Origin: a virus
Virus record (IMG/VR): IMGVR_UViG_3300045988_140928
Location: 1 to 64,000 of that record
Strand: one strand, 5' to 3'
Length of the DNA stretch: 64,000 bases
Both the position numbers and the translations under genes were made by a program. Below are positions 46,304 to 53,751 of this stretch, one piece after another. Within the stretch, counting starts at the first letter, position 1, and each line of letters opens with the position of its first letter. The notes below the pieces were generated by a model. The model searched no databases, was not told where the DNA came from, and saw only the letters and a list, made by a program, of their open reading frames with translations.

Positions 46304-47335
46304 TTAGCCCCCTAAGAAGTCGTCAAACTCATTCAATGTTGGGTCCTTAATTACAGACTGATTCTTACCGTCTGAGGTTGCCAAGTTAACATTAGAGAAG
46401 TAAAGATTTTCTCTTCTAATTAGTAATGTAGGAGGCATCCTAAAAATCTGGTGCTTACCAATTACAATCTGTGCTCCATCACGATTTACTACCTGAGGAT
46501 AAGAACGTAACTGAGCCTGTTTAATATTCTTAGGAACAATACTACTCATATCATTAGGATTAACATATTCATTACCTAATTGATCATCTTCATTAATAAC
46601 AGTCTCGTCTTCATTAACTGCACGGGTACCATTACCTAAAGCCCATAGTTTTTGATTAAGCTTATAATATTGTTGATAACGTAATTCTTTAATCATTGAG
46701 ACAACATAAAAACGCTTAATAACTTCTAATGATAAAGTAATAACTCTACCTAATAAGCTTTCGTCCTTAATCTCTAATTGATTACCTTCATTAATTAGTA
46801 AGGAACTATCAACATCATCAATAGATTTCAATTCTCCATTTTCAATATAATAAGCTTCATTAATAGACGCTACATCAAAGGGTAAAAATAGACCATCTTG
46901 TAAGCGTTCATTAGTCACATTAAATGTATAAGAGTCATTAGTCGTCCACCCAGTAACTGTAATTCTGTCGCCCGGTTTAATTCCTTGTTCAATTCCATTT
47001 ACAGTAACTTGTGGCGTTGCTTTACTAGTACCTAAATTATCCATACCAGTAGGATTTAGACTAAAATTCTTTTCATCACCTTGAATTGCCATATCAATTG
47101 TTCTTGGATGTAAATAAATCCAACCTTGACCATGACAAACAGGACAATTAGGCTGAGGTTGACCTGTCTGCTCATCTAAACAAGGACAATGATAAGCCTG
47201 CTCCCAAACAACGTTAACTGCGTGTTGCTGAATTAATTGAACTACCCTATCAATATCAAGAGGATTCATATTATTCTTAGCTGGGTAAAACGGATTAGCA
47301 GACTCTACTTTTTCATGCAAAGGATTATCAGCCAT
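46304..47335 (-). CDS. virion connector-module protein with Zn-ribbon (CPC...CPVCHGQGW)
   Basis: 343 aa with RBS AAGTAGGTGA. Confidence 0.55.
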   Translation of the reverse strand: MADNPLHEKVESANPFYPAKNNMNPLDIDRVVQLIQQHAVNVVWEQAYHCPCLDEQTGQPQPNCPVCHGQGWIYLHPRTIDMAIQGDEKNFSLNPTGMDNLGTSKATPQVTVNGIEQGIKPGDRITVTGWTTNDSYTFNVTNERLQDGLFLPFDVASINEAYYIENGELKSIDDVDSSLLINEGNQLEIKDESLLGRVITLSLEVIKRFYVVSMIKELRYQQYYKLNQKLWALGNGTRAVNEDETVINEDDQLGNEYVNPNDMSSIVPKNIKQAQLRSYPQVVNRDGAQIVIGKHQIFRMPPTLLIRRENLYFSNVNLATSDGKNQSVIKDPTLNEFDDFLGG

Positions 47336-47391
47336 TGTAATTTCACCTACTTTCTATTTATCCTCTTTAATATAGGTTGAATTTAAAACAC

Positions 47392-47419
47392 AAAAAAGAC
47401 ACCTAAATTAATAGGTGCC
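47392..47419 (-). terminator. terminator hairpin homologous to the one at 23943..23964
   Basis: GGCACC-UAUUAAUUUA-GGUGUC followed by U6. Arm changes relative to 23943..23964 are compensatory. Confidence 0.55.
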
Positions 47420-47540
47420 TTAAAAACCCAAAAGTAGTATATAGGTGTAAATGTATTAAGCCAAAATCGAAATGAATTAATGAACCTACAAATACTATAG
47501 TAGCATATTAATTTTAACTGTCAACACGTTTAACAGTAAA

Positions 47541-48638
47541 TTATAAAACAGCCTTTAAGAACTTCTTAATACCTTGGGGTGTATTAATTTTATAAGGAAT
47601 TCTAATTAAATAAATACCATGTGACTGACAATACCAGTCCTTTATGTGGTCACGTAACTTAGCCTCTCTAAAGTCATCTACTGTTCGCTGAAAATGATTT
47701 CTTTGAAAATGCTGTATACCATCGTATTCAATAGCAACCCCTATCTTGGGTAACCAAAAATCAAAAGGTAGTGTTCTTTTATATCTACACTGCTCAAATC
47801 TCTTTTGTATTTCATAAGCTATCCCCATCTTATCTAATACAGACTTAATATATTTCTCTCCAGTAGACTCATTACAATAAGGGCAACCAGTATTATTCTT
47901 AAGCAACCCAGTAGGTTGTGCTATAAATGTATGACCACAGATATTATGCTTAAACAATAGACGCTTTTGAGGTTTATAATCTTCTACTAAAGTATATTCA
48001 CCATGATAAATTTTGTTTAACTTATAATTATATTCGTCCTTAGTATATACATGATAAGTCTGGCACCTAGGACAACCCTTTAAATAATAAAAAGAATGGG
48101 GAGTTATCATCCATACATAGCCACATCTATTACACTGACACCTTATTCTTACTTCGTTACCTTGATAAGAATCCAAAAACTTAAACTGCCCATTATTTTT
48201 ACTTTCAACTCTCCTATAAAAATCATCTGAGGGGACTGATACTGCATGATTACAATAGGGACAACCAGTACCCCTAAAAAGATTATGAGCAATCGGATGA
48301 AAGATACGTCCACATTTTAGACACTTAACATCTAACCGTTCGTTAGCAAAAGTATACTTACTTAATACTACATACCTTCCATGATTAACTTTAGCAATCT
48401 TCTTATTAAAGTCTTCCTGTGTATAGGTCTGTTTCAAAACTCTACTTACTAACCCACACTTAGGGCAACGTTGTCTCCGTAAAAATGAATTAGGTGTCAT
48501 ATAAAATACATTACCACAGTCTATATGATAAAAAGCAACCTTAATCTTACTATTTTTATATGTAGTTAATGGAATAAACTCTTCACCTACTAAATTCTGA
48601 ACTTCCTCAGTAAATTCTTCATTAGTTTTTCTTCTCAT
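47541..48638 (-). CDS. free-standing HE-like protein (Zn-ribbon modules + Vsr/DUF559-like nuclease)
   Basis: The start is set at MRRKTNEEF. Core LPFDFWLPKIGVAIEYDGIQHF..KLRDHIKDWYC..IYLIRIPY. Confidence 0.7.
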   Translation of the reverse strand: MRRKTNEEFTEEVQNLVGEEFIPLTTYKNSKIKVAFYHIDCGNVFYMTPNSFLRRQRCPKCGLVSRVLKQTYTQEDFNKKIAKVNHGRYVVLSKYTFANERLDVKCLKCGRIFHPIAHNLFRGTGCPYCNHAVSVPSDDFYRRVESKNNGQFKFLDSYQGNEVRIRCQCNRCGYVWMITPHSFYYLKGCPRCQTYHVYTKDEYNYKLNKIYHGEYTLVEDYKPQKRLLFKHNICGHTFIAQPTGLLKNNTGCPYCNESTGEKYIKSVLDKMGIAYEIQKRFEQCRYKRTLPFDFWLPKIGVAIEYDGIQHFQRNHFQRTVDDFREAKLRDHIKDWYCQSHGIYLIRIPYKINTPQGIKKFLKAVL

Positions 48639-48699
48639 AACTTCCATACCTTTCAAATATTTCGATATAACTAAAATAAATAGGAATAATCCCATTTAT

Positions 48700-48727
48700 A
48701 TTATACCCCCAGAGACTAAATAAGCAA
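48700..48727 (-). promoter_or_regulatory. promoter TTGCTT-16-TATAAT for the HE-like gene
   Basis: -35 at 48722..48727, -10 at 48700..48705. Confidence 0.5.
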
Positions 48728-48753
48728 CCAACTCATAAAAAGAAATAATGAGG

Positions 48754-49734
48754 TTAAGAAAGAAATCCAATCTCAGGATTGCCGTAATAAGAGAGTAAGC
48801 GTTGTTCTATAGGTTTCATATCTCGAACCATCTGGTCTACTTCGGCAGTGGCGGCTGAGTTTTCAGCAGAAGCTGTAGTATTAAGACTAGTAGATATACC
48901 GTCCACTGAAACACTGTATGACGCAATACCCGCCCCAACAATATTTCTTGACCACTTCTCCAAAATTTCTACAGCACCTAACTTAGCAATATACGAAAGC
49001 ATATCAGGCTGAATCATCCAGTCATAATTAACCCCGTCTTTACCAGTATGTGGCATCATACCAGCAACATAAGTTACACCTAGCATTTGAGGCGCAAATT
49101 CCATTTGAGTAAAAGGACTAGGAGTCATTCCATATGGAGAATTAATTAAAGGATAAATAGTAGGGTTAATAGTAGTATTCAATCCTTGCATTAACACCGA
49201 AGGAGATACTTGTAATTGACCTGTACGATTAGTTACTTTAATCCATTCGTCTGGAATGTGCATAATATCTTGATTATTATAGTAAAGCAATAAGTCCTTA
49301 ACACTTAGAATAGGTCTCATTGTTGTATGTAGATAAGCAAAAGCATTAAAATCTGAACGATGATAATCTAAACGATCTACTTGTAAACGAGGGACAATTG
49401 CCACGTCAAAAATCTTTTCAGCTTGTGCAACCACCCGATTTAAAATCATCTTATAAAAACTATCTGGATAAGGTTCATTAGTAACAGGATCTACTAAGTC
49501 TCTTTCCATACCCATAAGTTCATTTTTAATTAAGTCAATATTAATACCTAAAGAGTCTAATGTTACATCTTCATAGTCACTGCCTAGAGCATAATCTGGA
49601 TTACCATTATAAGTCTGGATTGCTCCGGGCTGTTTTTGAATTTGAAAATAATTTCTTATATCTTCTTTCGACAAAATTTTAACCTGCCTTTCTGTTGAAG
49701 GTTTACCTAATTGTAATATAAAAAGACTACTCAT
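48754..49734 (-). CDS. virion morphogenesis protein (family not recognised)
   Basis: The ORF is open to 49866, but that portion overlaps the upstream gene by 113 nt. The first non-overlapping ATG is at 49734 (MSSLFILQ). Confidence 0.55.
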   Translation of the reverse strand: MSSLFILQLGKPSTERQVKILSKEDIRNYFQIQKQPGAIQTYNGNPDYALGSDYEDVTLDSLGINIDLIKNELMGMERDLVDPVTNEPYPDSFYKMILNRVVAQAEKIFDVAIVPRLQVDRLDYHRSDFNAFAYLHTTMRPILSVKDLLLYYNNQDIMHIPDEWIKVTNRTGQLQVSPSVLMQGLNTTINPTIYPLINSPYGMTPSPFTQMEFAPQMLGVTYVAGMMPHTGKDGVNYDWMIQPDMLSYIAKLGAVEILEKWSRNIVGAGIASYSVSVDGISTSLNTTASAENSAATAEVDQMVRDMKPIEQRLLSYYGNPEIGFLS

Positions 49735-49753
49735 TTGAGCAGTCTTTAATAAC

Positions 49754-51994
49754 CTAATTAAATTTAATAATAGGACCATCAACTTGATACAATTGCTTAA
49801 CCAACTTTGGGGTAAACTCAGTTTCATTATTCTCAATACAGAACTTATACCAAGGTTCAGCTCCATAATGCCATGAGGTCTTTTCTCTACCTTTATTATA
49901 CTGATCTAAAGCTTGGCGCAACTCTTTTGCCTTTAAGTAAAAAGGTGATTTCCACTTTAATAATTTGTTCTGACCATAAAGAACTAATCCTTCTCGTAAA
50001 GGATATTTTTCATTATAATCTTTAATCATTTCCTCTAGTTCAGCTTTATTCTTAGCAACGCCAATCTTAGTTTCGTCATTAATAACTTGCATTAATTTAG
50101 CACGGGCTGGATTATCAGCTTGTAATAATGAGTCTACTACCTTCCCTTGTGTATTATTAGTAATTACTGCTAAAGGAATTGCAGTCTTCTCTGTATACAA
50201 CTCAATATGAGGATTGTTAATTGGATCTATGATTTCAAAAACAACAGTCGTATTCTGATTAGCAAGATCAGAAAAATACTCATTCTTAAGAAATTCCCAA
50301 TACGTTTGGTGACGTGTATTAGGGAAAGGAATATCTTTTAAAACCTGTTCCCCAAACAAAGAATAAGTATAGTCACCGGCTTTTGAATAACATTTAACCT
50401 GTTTAAATTTTTTATCATAGAAAGTATATACAGGAAAACCATTCCACTTACGGGCTACCTCTACTGGATATTTAATAGTGCCTAAACTGTCTTGGGAACC
50501 CCGCTCATCAATAGCAAAGAATTTATCAAACCCACGTCCAATAATTTGATTATCACGAGAAAACAACCCACGTGCTTTAATTCGTTCATTGTTAAACTTA
50601 TTCTTAATAAAGATTTTAGAGTTAAAGTTATTAGCAACAATATCATGATCTAAAGAGGACTGTTTAATATCATGGTCATCAGACAACTTTTCAATTAGAG
50701 ACTTAGTATCAATCCGATCAATTTCATGTGGAATAATCTTATCTTTAGTTAAAGTAACCCAACGAAACTTATCTTCTGCTGTTAAATTAATACTATTATT
50801 TAGTACAAAATGATTAAATTGATTACGATGACCATGAATATTGAATGATAAAGGGTCTTTATAAGTACTCCATATTTTATCAACATCTCGATCATAAGGA
50901 TTATGTGTCTCATTATCTGGAACACCCATTACAAACTCTTCTTCATTAGCTAAGCCTAAAAAATTCGCAGAAGGCTCTAAACCAGCGTGAGTAATATAAA
51001 AACGCTTACGATCCCAGATAAAATAAAGATAGTCTAAAAATTTGTCTTCCATCTTATCAATTCGGCGATCAAGTTCTTTTTCTCCATACTTACTAAGTAA
51101 AACATCTAAAGTTTGGTGACCAAACTGACCAGTCTTTCTTCTTTGATTACGCCAAATCTCCCATGACAATTCATGATTTCCTCGCAAAAAGAATAAGTTA
51201 CTACCCGACAACTCACTAGTAATAAAATCAAATACCTTATCAGAAGCTGAACCACGATCTAAATAATCACCAACAAAAACATAAGCAGTTCCCGACTCAT
51301 GATTATCGAATACCTTTTCTAAAGCACTCATATCACCATGCACATCACCAATTATTTGAATCTTTTTAAACCGCTTATCAAAATCCAAAGGGCTAATATC
51401 TTGATCTAATCCATTATAAATAATACCGAATATATCGTTGTCATTAGACCCAACACTTAGAGGGGGATAGACCTCGGCAGATCTAGGTATGTTTCCACCA
51501 TTATCTAAATAACGATCAACAAACTTCTTAATAGTAGATATTTCAACTCTCTTATAAAAGCTTCTCTTATTATTATAATTACTTAATTGAGCAATTACTT
51601 GATCATACCAATCCTCACCGTACTTATGCTTGCAACGCTTAATCAGATCAGCCATAAAATCAATTACTATAACTTTATAATGATATTTCTTTACTAATTT
51701 ATTAATAGGTGACCAAGCTTTTTTGTATAACATAGTAGAGTCAAATACAGTTGTCATTCCATGCTTCATTCTATTTTCTAGCATCTCATAAGCAGTATTA
51801 AATACTTCTTTATTATATGATTGAGAAATAGATTGATCTAATCCATCTTGACCATTAATGGCAATTGTCTCTGGACTAGCATAAAGCATTCTAATATTAT
51901 CAACCTCAATCGTATAAGGTCCTAAATCATTTTGTTTAATCCAATATGACTTTCCTGAACCGGGTGCCCCTAAAGTAACAATTAATTTTCTCAT
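49754..51994 (-). CDS. Pnkp-like RNA repair protein: P-loop kinase + metallophosphoesterase + ligase/nucleotidyltransferase domain
   Basis: - Kinase: GAPGSGKS.
- Phosphoesterase: GDVHGD, GDYLDRG, GNHE, HGH.
- Ligase: KWNG (motif I), EGLVLY (IV), LLKWKS (V).
- Start ATG at 51992..51994 after GGGAGG. Confidence 0.7.
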   Translation of the reverse strand: MRKLIVTLGAPGSGKSYWIKQNDLGPYTIEVDNIRMLYASPETIAINGQDGLDQSISQSYNKEVFNTAYEMLENRMKHGMTTVFDSTMLYKKAWSPINKLVKKYHYKVIVIDFMADLIKRCKHKYGEDWYDQVIAQLSNYNNKRSFYKRVEISTIKKFVDRYLDNGGNIPRSAEVYPPLSVGSNDNDIFGIIYNGLDQDISPLDFDKRFKKIQIIGDVHGDMSALEKVFDNHESGTAYVFVGDYLDRGSASDKVFDFITSELSGSNLFFLRGNHELSWEIWRNQRRKTGQFGHQTLDVLLSKYGEKELDRRIDKMEDKFLDYLYFIWDRKRFYITHAGLEPSANFLGLANEEEFVMGVPDNETHNPYDRDVDKIWSTYKDPLSFNIHGHRNQFNHFVLNNSINLTAEDKFRWVTLTKDKIIPHEIDRIDTKSLIEKLSDDHDIKQSSLDHDIVANNFNSKIFIKNKFNNERIKARGLFSRDNQIIGRGFDKFFAIDERGSQDSLGTIKYPVEVARKWNGFPVYTFYDKKFKQVKCYSKAGDYTYSLFGEQVLKDIPFPNTRHQTYWEFLKNEYFSDLANQNTTVVFEIIDPINNPHIELYTEKTAIPLAVITNNTQGKVVDSLLQADNPARAKLMQVINDETKIGVAKNKAELEEMIKDYNEKYPLREGLVLYGQNKLLKWKSPFYLKAKELRQALDQYNKGREKTSWHYGAEPWYKFCIENNETEFTPKLVKQLYQVDGPIIKFN

Positions 51995-51995
51995 T

Positions 51996-52721
51996 TCATA
52001 ACCTCCCATCTACAATAGCAAAAGGGTCAATTAAAGACGTAGGCAAGTCATTAGTTATACCATCTCCAATATAATAGCCAATAAAGTCGTCAACTGGAGT
52101 CACGTCTTTTGTATAGTCTGGTCTAGTAGCTAATAATTCGACATGACGAGGATTATTACTCTCTACTAACCGATGTTTTACATAGTTACTAATAGGATAA
52201 ATTCGATAGAGTAAATCGGTTCTAACTTGTCCTAGAGTTAAGAAATTATCAACCCAGAAATTCTTCTGCTTTTTAGTATGCTTATCGTTAGAAAGTAAAT
52301 CCTCTTGTAATTCTCTAAAAGTCCAAAGACCAGTTTCACGACCCTTTAGCTCTTCAATCAAAAATCCAAAGAATTGGTCTGCTAAATAACCTTCGGGATC
52401 AGCAATCTTAGAATTACGGTCTGGATAGAGAGTTTCCTTATAATTCTTTTCGGGACTATAAAGACGAGTAATAGTCTCAGCGTCATAAGTATGGTATTTA
52501 TGAACATTAACCCGATCTAAATAAACCTTAGGGTAAACACCAATAAAGCCCCGTTTATAAGCACGAGACATACAAATATTACAGAGCTTTTCATCTTTAT
52601 ATTCCCGTACATCTTTTACATCTGGATTAGCATTATAGTTTTCACGACACAAAGAATGATTATGATCCTCTGGATCAACTATGTGCCATTTCTTTTGTAT
52701 ACCTAATCGAAAAATTTTCAT
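51996..52721 (-). CDS. hypothetical protein, translationally coupled to the Pnkp-like gene
   Basis: 241 aa. ATGA-type overlaps at both ends. Confidence 0.55.
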   Translation of the reverse strand: MKIFRLGIQKKWHIVDPEDHNHSLCRENYNANPDVKDVREYKDEKLCNICMSRAYKRGFIGVYPKVYLDRVNVHKYHTYDAETITRLYSPEKNYKETLYPDRNSKIADPEGYLADQFFGFLIEELKGRETGLWTFRELQEDLLSNDKHTKKQKNFWVDNFLTLGQVRTDLLYRIYPISNYVKHRLVESNNPRHVELLATRPDYTKDVTPVDDFIGYYIGDGITNDLPTSLIDPFAIVDGRL

Positions 52722-52936
52722 AACAATTTAGCCCTCAACTTTTCAATATACTTATTATGTTGTTCGGTCATTTCATTAGCATAATCAGTCAACTCCCGTT
52801 CTAGCAACATTCTAGTTTGCTCTTTAATCATTTTCATTTTAACATCCAATGTAACAATAGATTCCTCGTTACCATCAGAGTCAAGAGTTAACATAGTCTT
52901 AATAAAATCAAAATAATCTTTATATTTCTTTTCCAT
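52718..52936 (-). CDS. hypothetical small protein
   Basis: The start is set at the ATG at 52934..52936 (MEKKYKDY), 9 nt after AAGGAG. Confidence 0.5.
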   Translation of the reverse strand: MEKKYKDYFDFIKTMLTLDSDGNEESIVTLDVKMKMIKEQTRMLLERELTDYANEMTEQHNKYIEKLRAKLL

Positions 52937-52949
52937 ACTTAATAACTCC

Positions 52950-53297
52950 TTAATAAGATAACGTAGGTAAATTAATAAAATCAACTTTAACATCTTTTGG
53001 GGGTTCACTAATTGCTTTAACACAAGCTTTTAAAATTTCTTGCATTCCATCCCACTTAGCAACGTACTCTTCTGAAATATCCCAAACCCATTCATTGTGA
53101 GTTGTATTAAAGGCTTGTCTAAGAGGACTGGCATAAATATAATACTTAAAATTTAAATTAATAAAACCAACACTACAATAAGAAAGCTGACTAATCTCAC
53201 TAACTTTATCAAGTATATACTTCTTATCCTTACCCTCAAAATATTTAGTTACGTCAACACCCACAGGATTTTCATAGTTGAATGGCTCTACACTCAT
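52950..53297 (-). CDS. hypothetical protein
   Basis: 115 aa, preceded by the conserved cassette leader. Confidence 0.55.
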   Translation of the reverse strand: MSVEPFNYENPVGVDVTKYFEGKDKKYILDKVSEISQLSYCSVGFINLNFKYYIYASPLRQAFNTTHNEWVWDISEEYVAKWDGMQEILKACVKAISEPPKDVKVDFINLPTLSY

Positions 53298-53360
53298 TAT
53301 TATACTTCCTTTCCTTAACTTATGTTTTCAACATAACACTTTTAGCTAAATATTCAACTT
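53298..53360 (-). promoter_or_regulatory. degenerate copy of the repeated promoter cassette
   Basis: Same leader and -35 TTGAAT (53352..53357). The -10 is weakened to TATGTT. Confidence 0.45.
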
Positions 53361-53395
53361 TCTAGCATAACTATTTCTACTATTGATATGCTATC

Positions 53396-53632
53396 CTACT
53401 TGTTTTTTAATTCTTCTCGTGTTTTAGCAGTTTCTTTATCATTTTCAGCGTCTTCATTACTCTGTTCATTTGATGAATTATCAAACTCAATATCAGTGCC
53501 GAAACAATTAAGTACAAAACACGTAAGCACTCCAGAGATAATTGCCATTAGTATTGAATACCCAAACCAAGCACCCATTACAAATTGAATTACCGAAATA
53601 TAACCAGCCGTTGAAGTCTTAATCATTCTCAT
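53396..53632 (-). CDS. small membrane protein with acidic tail
   Basis: 78 aa, with hydrophobic stretches in the first 45 residues, preceded by the cassette leader. Confidence 0.55.
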   Translation of the reverse strand: MRMIKTSTAGYISVIQFVMGAWFGYSILMAIISGVLTCFVLNCFGTDIEFDNSSNEQSNEDAENDKETAKTREELKNK

Positions 53633-53700
53633 TTTAATTACTTCCTTTCCTTAACTTATGTTTTAAGTATAACACTTTTAGTTAAATATTCAACTACTTT
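53633..53700 (-). promoter_or_regulatory. repeated promoter cassette with conserved leader
   Basis: -35 TTGAAT at 53688..53693, -10 TATACT at 53666..53671, with TG upstream. Confidence 0.65.
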
Positions 53701-53718
53701 TGTACAAAAAAGTAAAAT

Positions 53719-53739
53719 AAAAAAGACTGAATAACAGTC
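53719..53739 (-). terminator. terminator after the HE/Mom-like gene
   Basis: GACUG/CAGUC stem followed by UUUUUU. Confidence 0.45.
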
Positions 53740-53751
53740 ATTTACTCTAAA

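Noticed and set aside
49735-49866. N-terminal extensions proposed by the ORF track. This one is an example. Others are 444..542, 26973..27014, 28910..28933, 32830..32880, 44514..44540, 48639..48695, 51995..52009, 52937..53023 and 56116..56151.
   Set aside because: The extended parts overlap upstream genes or promoter cassettes and lack an RBS. Internal starts with good SD spacing and family-typical N-termini are preferred.
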